The notes: generated from the sequence alone by a model not told the origin. DNA of 64,000 nt from Armatimonadota bacterium (GCA_037444405.1 JBBIML010000012.1:32001-96000); one strand, 5' to 3'. Numbered from the stretch's first letter, positions 1 to 9,160 are shown. Numbers and translations are program-made.

Positions 1-221
1 AGGTTCGTGGCATCCTGCGAGTTCATAATCGCCTGCTCCAGCCCCGCAATCTGGGCGCGCAGGTTTTCTGAACGAATCAATCCTGCCGGATCGTCCGAAG
101 CGCGCACAACGCGCAAGCCCGAAGCCAGTCGCTCAATCGAACGCCCAAAGCCCTCGGATGCACTCTGCACATTGCGCAGCGCAATCAGCGACGACATATT
201 GGTGTTGATGCGCAGACTCAT
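1..221 (-). CDS. fliC: Flagellin, N-terminal part (runs off the window start; missing from the ORF track)
   Basis: Manual translation from ATG at 221: MSLRINTNMSSLIALRNVQSASEGFGRSIERLASGLRVVRASDDPAGLIRSENLRAQIAGLEQAIMNSQDATN, the classic flagellin N-terminus (RINTN, RLxSG, DDxAG); GGAGG RBS upstream. Confidence 0.93.
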   Translation of the reverse strand, partial: MSLRINTNMSSLIALRNVQSASEGFGRSIERLASGLRVVRASDDPAGLIRSENLRAQIAGLEQAIMNSQDATN

Positions 222-390
222 CGTTCATCCTCCCTGATAGATTGGATTTGGCTGGCACACGCGCCCCGCGATCCCTCAGCGGGGCGGTTCGTGAGCCACA
301 GGGGATTGTGGGCATAAACCGAAAGCATCCTCTCCGCAAAAATACGGGAATTGGATAAAAAATCGTAAAAATGCGGGGAACCTGTTCAAA

Positions 391-1437
391 TTACGGGGGT
401 ATGCCAGCCATCAGTTGCTGATGGAGCCGCTCGCGGATGCGGGACCGAATAGCGCGTGGCACGCGCATCAGCTGGATACCGCTGAGGTAGACGGGGCGCC
501 CCGCTTCGGTCAGTGCCAGCGTGTGGCAGATGAAGCCCTCGCTGCGGAAGGCATAGGTCGCTTCTGGCTCCTGCCATTCGATGAGCAGGTGCAGGGGCGT
601 GCCTTTGTTCAGTTCCACGGGCAGCTTGAGCGCGACGCCATGCGCGCTCAGATCGATCAGGGTGCCCTCCACCGTGCGCAGCAGGCGTCCCACTGCCGAC
701 ACCACCACATGCCCGGTCGCGGGCAGGCGCGGCTCACGCCGTCGCTGGATGCGCCGAACCCGACCGGGACGCTTCAGCCGCCACCAGTCGCTGTCTTCCC
801 TGTGTCGATGCTCAATCAGGCGTGCGCGGAAATGGTACAGGGCGTCCCTGCCCGTCAGCTCCACCTGCACCCAGGCGGGAATGGCACCTGTTTCGTGGGG
901 CGTCTCAATCACGCACTCCAGCTCGTTGCCCGCGCGCACCTGACCCATCAAGCGTCGCCCCTCCAGCTGGAGCGTAACAAAACCTCCGACGGGCGGGATT
1001 TCCAGCCACGACGGGGGTATCGGCATCGGGGCAGGCATCTGCACCACTGCATGCGTCGACATCCCCCCATGGCGCTTCAACAGCAGGTGGCGAACAGTGG
1101 CGAGCAGAGTGTCGATATCGAAGGGCTTGAACAGCACCGCATCCACACCCTGCTGAACCGCCTGCTGTACCTCCGCATCCACCGCGTAGGCAGTGATTAA
1201 AATCACCGGTATCGCGGGGTCTATTTCGCGAGCTGTCTGCACAACGGCAGCGCCGCTGATGTCTGGCAACCGCACATCCTGAATCAGCAGGTCGTATCTG
1301 CGCATCTGCAGGCGTTCCAGCGCCTCCTGACCGGTGCGCACCACCTCGCACGGAAGTCCAATCAATCGGGCGGCATCCTCCATCACCCGCTGCAACAGCA
1401 CCTCGTCCTCCACCACCAGTATGCGAAACCCTTTCAT
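391..1437 (-). CDS. Response-regulator receiver fused to PilZN/PilZ (YcgR-like c-di-GMP effector)
   Basis: REC motifs ILVVED, D-x-x-LP, ITA, KPF; PilZ motifs QRRREPR and DLSAHG; start moved to ATG 1437 (MKGFRIL) behind GGAGG. Confidence 0.8.
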   Translation of the reverse strand: MKGFRILVVEDEVLLQRVMEDAARLIGLPCEVVRTGQEALERLQMRRYDLLIQDVRLPDISGAAVVQTAREIDPAIPVILITAYAVDAEVQQAVQQGVDAVLFKPFDIDTLLATVRHLLLKRHGGMSTHAVVQMPAPMPIPPSWLEIPPVGGFVTLQLEGRRLMGQVRAGNELECVIETPHETGAIPAWVQVELTGRDALYHFRARLIEHRHREDSDWWRLKRPGRVRRIQRRREPRLPATGHVVVSAVGRLLRTVEGTLIDLSAHGVALKLPVELNKGTPLHLLIEWQEPEATYAFRSEGFICHTLALTEAGRPVYLSGIQLMRVPRAIRSRIRERLHQQLMAGIPP

Positions 1438-1678
1438 CGATGCTCCTCCCTGACCCGTGCGAATTGCGCTGTCGGAGAGTGCGGCAGTCGTCCGCACCTT
1501 CCTTCCATCCATAGTTAGCGCCATCAACAGGGGCGAGCAGTTCCGCAGGGGGCTGAACCGATGATCTCTCGCTCGCCTTTATAGAACTATACAGCAACTT
1601 CTGTGCCATAACCGTTTCTCCTGCTGTTTTTCGCGGCGAATCGTCAGGATTCTTTGAGAATCCGCTTGAAAGACATCT

Positions 1679-1746
1679 TGGATTGCTGAAGCCGTGCTTC
1701 AGCAGTCCAAAGTCATGGATTGCTGAAGCCGTGCTTCAGCAGTCCA
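1679..1746. repeat. Two tandem identical 31-bp palindromes (REP-like)
   Basis: TGGATTGCTGAAGCCGTGCTTCAGCAGTCCA at 1679-1709 and 1716-1746; each is a near-perfect hairpin. Confidence 0.85.
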
Positions 1747-2834
1747 GCGTTCTGCAGGATGGAGCGTAGGGTTTCGATCACGCGCTCGGGTCGGATGCTG
1801 AGCATGCACTGGTGGCGTGGGAGCAGGCAGTGGGCGTTGCGGAATCGGTTCTCGTAGCAGCGCGGGCACGGCTCTTCAGGCAGCATGAGAGCGAGGTTCG
1901 GCACGGGTGGCGTCCACACCCACCATGGGCTGGCGCCGAACAGGGCAATCGTGGGCGTGCCCACGCTGTAAGCCAGGTGCATGATGCCGTTGTCCACCGA
2001 GATGCACGCTTTTGCCCGTTGCAGCGCGCCTGCGACCTGGGGCAGGCTGAACCGCCCGCGCAGGTCGATGAGCGCGGTCTGTTCCAGTAGCCAGCTCTCG
2101 GTGTCGCCCGTGTGATAGACCGCGCTCTGGTGCTGGGGGCGGTCGCCAATCAGCCCTACGCTGACCCCTTCCGCCGTACACCAGTCGATCACCTGCTTCC
2201 AGTAGTCGCGGCTCCAGAGCTTGGCGGGGCGGCGACCGCCAGTGGCAATCAGCACATCGGGCACGGCACAGCCCGGCTCCGCCGTCGGCACCTCCGTGCG
2301 AAAGAAGTCGGTCTCCACAAAAGCGAGGCGACACCAGATTTCGCCGATGTAGGTGCTGGTGAGGATGTCGCCGTAGCGTTGCAGCAGGTCGGGCGCTGAC
2401 CAGAACTCATCATGCAGTTGATGCACCTTATCGGGGTGGCGGGGCACCTCCTCGCGCCAGTCGTGGCTGATGCAGCGCCCGACCACATAGCGCGGCTCCA
2501 GCAGACGCGCCACGAACGCCATCATGGGGTGAAAATCGCAGTTGATGACCAGATCGTAGTCGCCCGCCTGTTCGCGCCGCCCTTTAATGAAAGCGGGCAG
2601 TTCGCACAGGGCGTTCGGGTTGCCGAACACGGAGAAGCGAGCATCGATGTAGGGCAGTGCCTCTTCCAACTCGCGCGTGCGCTCCCCGCTGAAATAGTCC
2701 AGCGTGCAATCGGGGTACTTTTCCTTCAGCCCGCGCAGGAGCGGTGTGATAATCACGAAGTCGCCAATCGCGTCATAGAACAGCACGGCAATATGCGGTC
2801 GCTCGCGCAGCGGCTGATTGTTGAACCATTCCAT
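1713..2834 (-). CDS. Glycosyltransferase family 9 (heptosyltransferase-like)
   Basis: AIGDFVIITPLLRGLK N-terminus; DLRGRFSL and SVDNGIMHLA..GTPTIALFG motifs; C-terminal CM..I.P..V. Confidence 0.85.
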   Translation of the reverse strand: MEWFNNQPLRERPHIAVLFYDAIGDFVIITPLLRGLKEKYPDCTLDYFSGERTRELEEALPYIDARFSVFGNPNALCELPAFIKGRREQAGDYDLVINCDFHPMMAFVARLLEPRYVVGRCISHDWREEVPRHPDKVHQLHDEFWSAPDLLQRYGDILTSTYIGEIWCRLAFVETDFFRTEVPTAEPGCAVPDVLIATGGRRPAKLWSRDYWKQVIDWCTAEGVSVGLIGDRPQHQSAVYHTGDTESWLLEQTALIDLRGRFSLPQVAGALQRAKACISVDNGIMHLAYSVGTPTIALFGASPWWVWTPPVPNLALMLPEEPCPRCYENRFRNAHCLLPRHQCMLSIRPERVIETLRSILQNAGLLKHGFSNP

Positions 2835-2958
2835 CAGAGTGAGATTTTACCCATTCAACCGGGCTGTAGCCAGTGGTCCCGTGCCCGCTCCACCCGCGCG
2901 GACCGCAACGGACGCAGCCCCAAACGCAACGCGCCCCCACGACAGACCCGCCCCTGTG

Positions 2959-3008
2959 TTGCAATTTCGTTTCCGGAACACCGGAAATCGCATCGGGTGG
3001 ACTATACT
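2959..3008 (+). promoter_or_regulatory. Promoter with TTGCAATTT box and spaced inverted repeat (copy 1)
   Basis: TGCAATTT-N17-AAATCGCA (2960-2992), then -10-like TATACT (3003-3008); colinear with 5635-5684. Confidence 0.55.
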
Positions 3009-3031
3009 GGGGATGAGGAGGTATTTGTCCA

Positions 3032-3353
3032 ATGAAACATGACCTACGCCAATCTGCTCACGGACGGCTCGCACCTGACCAATGCAAACGCCATCAGCCC
3101 CGACGGGCGCTACATCGTGGGGAATGGCTACAACGCCGCCACAGGGCGTGACGAAGGGTATTTGCTGGACACCTGGCGCACGGGCGACACCAACGGCGAC
3201 GGCTGTATTGATGACGCTGACCTGCTAACGGTGCTGTTCGCCTTCGGCACGCCGGGCACAGGCTCCACGCGCCACGAGGACATCAACAGGGATGGCATCG
3301 TGGACGATGCCGACCTGCTGGAGGTGTTGTTCCACTTCGGCAGTGGATGTTAG
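3032..3353 (+). pseudogene. Internally deleted HAF-repeat/dockerin-like gene (last repeat and tail only)
   Basis: RBS-proximal ATG 3032 is out of frame with ORF 3039-3353, which has only AISPDGRYIVG plus the GDTNGDGCIDDADLL...FGSGC tail and no signal peptide. Confidence 0.7.
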
Positions 3354-3443
3354 CGCCCTCACCCCCCTCTCCCCCGCCGGCGGGAGAGCGGGTACAGGTA
3401 AGGGGGCAAATCAGAACCTCAATCCCCACCATCGGGCGAAAAA

Positions 3444-4177
3444 GTGTGCTATAATAAGACTGGTATCGTCAAGAGAGGACAGAATGGTCTCAATTTCGCC
3501 GAGACTGGGGCGGCGGATGCGCGCCTGTTTCTTGCCGCCGGGGGGAATGTGGGCATCGGAACGAGTAGTCCCAAAGAACGCCTGCACAATACCGGCGACT
3601 GCTACGGCCGAGGGCATCTCTGGCTGTATGCCTTCGAAAGCGATGGACAGAGCGGCACGGCTTATCTGCAGGCACGGGACGACTCCACGACTTCGAGCAT
3701 TACCCTGCGCTTGCGTACCAAGAATGGCAGTAGCCTGACCGACGCGATGCACATCACGCCAGCGGGTAATGTCGGCATCGGCACCAACAGCCCCACTGAA
3801 AGGCTGCATGTGTACGGCAACATTCGGGTTGCCGATCGACAGGCGAAATCGGCTGGGACAGCTCCAGCCGCCGCTATAAAGAGAACATCACCCCGCTGGA
3901 AGACGATTTCGCCAGAATCCTGCCTTTGCAGCCGAAGACCTACACTCGCATCGGCGGCGATCCCAACCGCTGGGAAATCGGCTACCTCGCGGAGGAGGTG
4001 CATGACCTGGGGCTGCATCGTCTGGTGGAGTACGACCTGCAGGGTCGCCCCGATGGGGTGAACTACGAGAAGATGGTGCTTTATCTCAACGAGGTCATCA
4101 AGCAGCAACAGGCGCGTATCGCCGCCCTGGAGCGACGCGTATCGGAGCTGGAAGCCCGCAAACCGAGCCAGCGGTAA
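3444..4177 (+). pseudogene. Frameshifted fibre/adhesin-like gene with C-terminal peptidase S74 (intramolecular chaperone) domain
   Basis: Two GNVGIGT.SP..RLH repeats in one frame; SSRRYKENITPL...IGYLAEEV...VNYEKM...IKQQQARI coiled coil in another frame; switch near 3830-3850; no N-terminal domain. Confidence 0.7.
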
Positions 4178-4185
4178 ACACGCAC

Positions 4186-4222
4186 GGCACGGGCATCGGG
4201 TGCATCCACCGATGCCCGTGCC
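4186..4222. terminator. 14-bp stem hairpin between convergent genes
   Basis: GGCACGGGCATCGG-N9-CCGATGCCCGTGCC; paralogous hairpin at 8407-8441; no long U-tract. Confidence 0.5.
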
Positions 4223-4267
4223 AGAACCAGCAAACGATGGAGGTGGATAGTGATTCGCGTTGTGCCT

Positions 4268-5575
4268 TCAGCTGCTATGGGTCTGCTGCAGACGTTCGAT
4301 GACGCGCAGTGTTCGCTGAATCATGTGCTGCCGCGCAATCTGCTCTGCCTGCACGAGTGCGGATCGCGCTTGCTCCCGATTGCCCAGCGCGCGGCAGATT
4401 TCGTACAGCACGATCAGGTAGGTTGCCTGCGTCGCCGGGAGCGGGTTCTCTGGGGGTTTCAGGATTTCCAGCGCCTGGTGGGGCTGCCCCACGCGGCACA
4501 GCACCAGCGCACGCGACACCCGCGCGTGCTGATGCTCCACAGTGCTGTCCGAGCGCTGAATCATCTGGAACCCCTGCTCGGAAGCGCAGAGGGCTTCATC
4601 ATACCGATGCGCCTCCGAATAAAACTCGGACATCTCGCGATAAAACCATGAGGCATGCTCCACCGAGTGGCTGATTTGCGGCAGCCAGTCCTGCAGGATC
4701 TCCGCCGATTCGAGCAGGTGCGCCGCGCCTCTGTGCGACTCCGCGTAGCTGTGAGCGATGGCTGTGATGAACCATGCGGCGCTGCGTGGGAAGCCGCGCT
4801 CGCGCTCCAGCAGGTGCAACCCGCGATAGCCATATCGCTCCGCGTCCTGAACGCGCCCGTGCAAGCTATGCCACTGGCAGCAGAGGGTATAGACCTCGCG
4901 CAGCAGTTCGGCGTGATGGGGGCACTGACGCACATGCCACCACGCCTGCGCCTCCAGCGCGAGCAGGCGCAGCTCCATCCCCTCCGTGACGCCCTGCCAG
5001 ATTAACTGCCGCATCTGATCGATGCGCATTTTCAGCATGGCGGCGGATGCGTGCGGCGTCTGGGCGTCTGGCGGCTCCAGCCAGAGCGGGCGCGTGAGAA
5101 TGAACGCGACCTCCTCCACGCTCGCCTGCAGCACATAGCACAGCATATGCAGGTGTTTCTCGGAAGGCAGGGTCTGCGAGCGTTCCCAGCTGCGCACGCT
5201 CCGCTCCGACACCGCCAGCGCAGTAGCGACCTGCGCGACGCTCCAGCCGCGTCGCCGACGCAACACCCCCAGCAAATCACCCAGCAAGGGGGGATACGGC
5301 TCGCCCGAGGGATGCGGCTGCTGCTGGGCGAGCTGCTGGAGTGTCCACAGGGCGCGCGGCGCGTTCAGCAGGCGCAACGCCTCCAATTTTTCCTCTGGTG
5401 AAACGTCCAGCGCCTGCAGCACCTGCTCCAGTTCGGGTATCGACGGACGGGTCAGTTCCCGCTCCCAGCGGTTCAGGGTGCTGGAGGACACACGGGCGCG
5501 CTGCGCCAGCGCGTGCTGCGAAAGCCCCCGTCGCTGCCGGGCTTGCCGAATCCACACCCCGATGGTCGGAACCAT
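4268..5575 (-). CDS. Transcriptional regulator with two XRE-type HTH domains and a TPR-like C-terminus (paralog 1)
   Basis: HTH1 IRQARQRRGLSQHALAQRARVSSSTLNRWE; HTH2 LRRRRGWSVAQVATALAVSERSVRSWE; helical Ala/Leu-rich C-terminal repeats. Confidence 0.8.
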   Translation of the reverse strand: MVPTIGVWIRQARQRRGLSQHALAQRARVSSSTLNRWERELTRPSIPELEQVLQALDVSPEEKLEALRLLNAPRALWTLQQLAQQQPHPSGEPYPPLLGDLLGVLRRRRGWSVAQVATALAVSERSVRSWERSQTLPSEKHLHMLCYVLQASVEEVAFILTRPLWLEPPDAQTPHASAAMLKMRIDQMRQLIWQGVTEGMELRLLALEAQAWWHVRQCPHHAELLREVYTLCCQWHSLHGRVQDAERYGYRGLHLLERERGFPRSAAWFITAIAHSYAESHRGAAHLLESAEILQDWLPQISHSVEHASWFYREMSEFYSEAHRYDEALCASEQGFQMIQRSDSTVEHQHARVSRALVLCRVGQPHQALEILKPPENPLPATQATYLIVLYEICRALGNREQARSALVQAEQIARQHMIQRTLRVIERLQQTHSS

Positions 5576-5634
5576 TGACGCCCCCTGCTATTGTACCGCT
5601 TTGGCTGCTCTCTACACCATCCCACGGCGTCGTT

Positions 5635-5684
5635 TTGCAATTTCACTTCCAGCATACCCCAAATCACAGAGGGCGGATTATACT
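5635..5684 (+). promoter_or_regulatory. Promoter with TTGCAATTT box and spaced inverted repeat (copy 2), divergent from regulator 1
   Basis: TGCAATTT-N17-AAATCACA (5636-5668), TATACT 5679-5684, GGAGGT RBS before ATG 5706. Confidence 0.6.
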
Positions 5685-5705
5685 GATGATACGGAGGTAT
5701 GCGTC

Positions 5706-6959
5706 ATGCGAACGGTACGATGGATGTGGATGACAACTTTGGTCGCTCTGGCACTAAGCGGGATGCTCGGCGCAGGGAACCCGGTCCATGCCCAGAGCCT
5801 CGCCTGGCTGGGCACATTCGGCGGCAGTGAGAGCATGGCTTTTGGCGTCTCGGCGGACGGTGCGGTGGTCGTTGGCATGGCACGCAACACCAGCAATCGG
5901 ATGCGCGCCTTTCGCTGGACGCAAAACGATGGCTTGCAGGACCTCGGCACATTCGGCGGTAGTGAGGGTGCGGCTAATGGCGTTTCCGCGGACGGCGTGG
6001 TGGTCGTTGGCGGTGCAGCCGACGCCAGCGGTCGCTGGCGTGCCTTCCGCTGGACACAGGGTGGCGGCATGCAATCCCTCGGCACGCTCGGCGGCAGTGA
6101 GAGTGTAGCTTTCGGCGCTTCGACATACGGCAGTGTGATCGTCGGCTGGGCCTATAACGCCTACGGCTGGTTGCACGCCTTTCGCTGGGAGAATGGCGTG
6201 ATGCATGACCTCGGTACGCTAAGCAATTCTGAGGGCTGGTGGAGCGCAGCTTATGGCGTATCGGGAAGCGGGAGCGTGGTCGTTGGCGAGTCAGGCAGCT
6301 CCTCTCAGCGGCGCGCCTTTCGCTGGACGCAGAGCGGCGGGATGCAAAACCTCGGTGCATTCGGCGGCACTCAGAGCTTGGGTAATGGCGTCTCGGCGGA
6401 CGGGCGCGTGGTTGTCGGCGCAGCCCGCAACGCCAGCGGTCAGCTGCGCGCCTTTCGCTGGACGCAGAGCGGCGGCTTGCAGGACCTTGGCACACTCGGC
6501 GGCACTGAAGGCTGGGCTTCTGCAGCCTCAGCGGACGGGCATGAGGTCGCCGGTATGGCACGCAACGCCAGTGGTCAGTGGCGCGCCTTTCGCTGGACGC
6601 CGCCGGCAGGCATGGTAGACCTGAACCAGGCCTACGCCCATCTGCTCACCAACGGCTCGCGGCTTGAGGAGGCCTACGCCATCAGCACCGACGGGCGCTA
6701 CATTGCTGGCATTGGCTACAACGCGGCGACGAGGCGCCGGGAGGCGTATCTGCTGGATACTGCGCCCAGCTGCATCCCGCACAGTGGCGATGTGGACGAC
6801 AACGGCTGCGTGGACGACGCCGACCTGCTCGCGGTGCTATTTGCGTTTGGCAACAGCGGCTCCAATCTGGGGCGTGTGGATGCCAACTGCGACAACGCCG
6901 TGGACGATGCCGATATGTTGGTGGTACTGTTCAACTTTGGGCAGGGTTGCGACGGCTGA
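5706..6959 (+). CDS. Secreted HAF-repeat (beta-propeller-like) protein with C-terminal dockerin-like domain
   Basis: Signal peptide ending VHA-Q; six (R/H)AFRW..G..DLG repeats plus a degenerate seventh; duplicated EF-hand-like GDVDDNGCVDDADLL tail. Confidence 0.85.
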   Translation: MRTVRWMWMTTLVALALSGMLGAGNPVHAQSLAWLGTFGGSESMAFGVSADGAVVVGMARNTSNRMRAFRWTQNDGLQDLGTFGGSEGAANGVSADGVVVVGGAADASGRWRAFRWTQGGGMQSLGTLGGSESVAFGASTYGSVIVGWAYNAYGWLHAFRWENGVMHDLGTLSNSEGWWSAAYGVSGSGSVVVGESGSSSQRRAFRWTQSGGMQNLGAFGGTQSLGNGVSADGRVVVGAARNASGQLRAFRWTQSGGLQDLGTLGGTEGWASAASADGHEVAGMARNASGQWRAFRWTPPAGMVDLNQAYAHLLTNGSRLEEAYAISTDGRYIAGIGYNAATRRREAYLLDTAPSCIPHSGDVDDNGCVDDADLLAVLFAFGNSGSNLGRVDANCDNAVDDADMLVVLFNFGQGCDG

Positions 6960-7003
6960 GAGAAGACAATCGCCCCTTCACAAAGCAAGGACGGTGGAGA
7001 CAC

Positions 7004-8275
7004 ATGATGAAACAGATGAGATTCAGTTCGGGAAAATCGGCGCCGCAGAGATTGCAGGCGCGAGGAGGGCTGTTTGTGCTGGCGCTGAGCGGGATGCTCG
7101 GCGCAGGGAACCCGGTCTATGCGCAACGGCTCACCTGGCTCGGCGTGCTACCGGGTGGAAGCTTCAGCGGGGCGAACGGAGTCTCCGCCGATGGGACCGT
7201 GGTGGTCGGGAGAGCCGATATTGCCAGCGGCAGTTATCGCGCCTTTCACTGGACGCAAAGCGGCGGCATGCAGAACCTCGGCACACTCGGCGGCGACTAT
7301 AGCGATGCGTGGGGAGTCTCCGCTGACGGGCTCGTGGTCGTTGGCGAGGCAGACAACGGCGCTAATCTGTCACGCGCCTTTCGCTGGACGCAAAGCGGCG
7401 GCATGCAGGGTCTTGGCACGCTCGGCGGCAGTGCAAGCCGGGCATTTGGCGTCTCAGGCAACGGGGCTGTGGTGGTCGGTATGGCAACCAACGCCAGCGA
7501 CCGTTGGCGTGCTTTTCGCTGGACGCAAAGCGGCGGCATGCAGAACCTCGGCACGCTCGGCGGCGACTATAGCGCTGCCATTAATGTCTCTGCCGATGGC
7601 GCAACGGTGGTCGGCGAGGCAGACAACGCCAACGACTATACCCGTGCCTTCCGCTGGCGGCAAAGCGGGGGAATGCTCAATCTCGGTGTTTTCCAGGGCG
7701 GCGATTCCAGCACCGCTTATGGCGTCTCGTCCGATGGCAATGTCGTGGTGGGCGAGTCCTATAACTCCCAGCAGCGAACGCGCGCCTTTCGCTGGACCCA
7801 GAGCGGTGGCATGCGAGACCTCGGCACGCTGGGTGGCAGTGAGAGTGGGGCTGCAGGGGTTTCCGCTGACGGCACTATCGTGGTCGGTTGGGCGGATGAC
7901 GCCAGCAATACACAGAATGCCTTTCGCTGGACGCAAAGCGGCGGCATGCAGAACCTGAACACCCTCTACTCCGCCCTGCTAACGAATGGCTCGCGACTGA
8001 TCAACGCGAACGCCATCAGCCCCGACGGGCGCTACATCGTGGGGAATGGCTACAACGCCGCCACAGGGCGTGATGAAGCGTACCTGTTAGACACCCGTTG
8101 CACGCCACGCGACGGCGATGTGGACGGCGACGGCTGCGTGGATGACGCCGACCTGCTCGCGGTGCTGTTCGCCTTCGGCGCGACGGGCGTCAACCCCGCC
8201 GATGTGAACTGCGACGGCACCGTAGACGACGCCGACTTGCTAATCGTGTTGTTTAACTTCGGAAATGGGTGTTAG
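7004..8275 (+). CDS. Secreted HAF-repeat protein with C-terminal dockerin-like domain
   Basis: Signal peptide LALSGMLGAGNPVYA-Q nearly identical to the upstream paralog; six AF(R/H)W repeats plus a final one; tail ends FGNGC. Confidence 0.85.
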   Translation: MMKQMRFSSGKSAPQRLQARGGLFVLALSGMLGAGNPVYAQRLTWLGVLPGGSFSGANGVSADGTVVVGRADIASGSYRAFHWTQSGGMQNLGTLGGDYSDAWGVSADGLVVVGEADNGANLSRAFRWTQSGGMQGLGTLGGSASRAFGVSGNGAVVVGMATNASDRWRAFRWTQSGGMQNLGTLGGDYSAAINVSADGATVVGEADNANDYTRAFRWRQSGGMLNLGVFQGGDSSTAYGVSSDGNVVVGESYNSQQRTRAFRWTQSGGMRDLGTLGGSESGAAGVSADGTIVVGWADDASNTQNAFRWTQSGGMQNLNTLYSALLTNGSRLINANAISPDGRYIVGNGYNAATGRDEAYLLDTRCTPRDGDVDGDGCVDDADLLAVLFAFGATGVNPADVNCDGTVDDADLLIVLFNFGNGC

Positions 8276-8334
8276 CGCCCGTCTTCGCGCAGAACAGAAG
8301 GAGGTCTGACAATGAAACGCATAATGCTCTAACA

Positions 8335-8441
8335 AGGTCATCAAGCAGCAACAGGCGCGTATCCGAGTTGGAAGTCCGCAAAACGAGCCAGCGGTAAACA
8401 CGCTCAGCAGGGGCATCGGTAGATGCAGCCGATGCCCCTGC
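8335..8441 (+). pseudogene. Second remnant of the S74-gene 3' end with its hairpin
   Basis: aggtcatcaagcagcaacaggcgcgtatc...gagccagcggtaaacacgc matches 4092-4183 apart from a 21-bp deletion and a few substitutions. Confidence 0.75.
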
Positions 8442-8475
8442 CAACACCCAAACAGCGATGGGGATGCTTCGCCCC

Positions 8476-8850
8476 TCAGCCGATAATCCCCTCTATCACG
8501 CGCCCGGCGACATCGGTCAGGCGGAAGTTGCGCCCCTGATACCAGTAGGTCAAGCGCGTGTGGTCAATCCCCATCAGGTGCAGGATGGTGGCGTGCAGGT
8601 CATGCACATGCACGGGGTTCTCCACGACCTGATAGCCGAGTTCGTCGGTAGCGCCGTAGGTGATGCCGGGCTTGACCCCGCCGCCTGCCATCCAGATGGT
8701 GAAGGCGCGCGGGTGGTCGCGTCCCAGAACAGAAACACCACCCGTTTCGCGCGTGGTTTGAAATGGGGCGGTTTCGGGGGCAAGTGGGTCCGAGGCAGCA
8801 AACAGTTTTTCATTCATCAGCGCGTTCAACACCAGCGCACCAAGTCCGTG
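8476..8850 (-). pseudogene. DUF1501-like gene remnant with a large internal deletion
   Basis: N-terminal [11 protein letters not shown]...[21 protein letters not shown] joined via frame changes to C-terminal [16 protein letters not shown]...[16 protein letters not shown]...GRNFRLTDV. Confidence 0.7.
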
Positions 8851-9134
8851 CAGGGCTGGTGGTGGGGACGCGTTCGCAGTTCGTGTTGGGGATGACGACG
8901 GGGTGGGGGTTGTATTCGGATGTCCACTGGTTGCCCTCGTTGCGTCGGCAAGCGCAGCGGTATGTGCCGCGCGCGGGCGATGTGGACGGCAACGGCTGCG
9001 TGGATGACACCGACCTGCTCACGGTGTCGTTCGCCTTCGGCAGCGACAACCCTGACGCCGATGCGAACGGCGACGGACTCGTGGACGACGCCGACCTGCT
9101 AACGGTGCTGTTCAACTTCGGAAATGGGTGCTGA
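8850..9134 (+). pseudogene. Orphan dockerin-like tail (3' remnant of a lost secreted-protein gene)
   Basis: [26 protein letters not shown]...FGNGC with no credible start or signal peptide; A>T and L>S changes at positions conserved in the other tails. Confidence 0.7.
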
Positions 9135-9135
9135 A
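8964..9135 (+). repeat. 172-bp direct repeat, copy 1 (copy 2 at 16906-17077)
   Basis: Manual alignment gives 6 mismatches over 172 bp and no gaps. Confidence 0.9.
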
Positions 9136-9160
9136 GTCTCCCATCTCGCATACAAAAGGG

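Noticed and set aside
3444..4177. Prophage
   Set aside because: Only an S74/fibre remnant; no integrase, terminase, capsid or other phage genes.
5800..8000. CRISPR-like periodic repeats (GCCTTTCGCTGGACG about every 130 bp)
   Set aside because: They are in-frame coding repeats of HAF proteins with homologous, not unique, intervening sequence; no cas genes.
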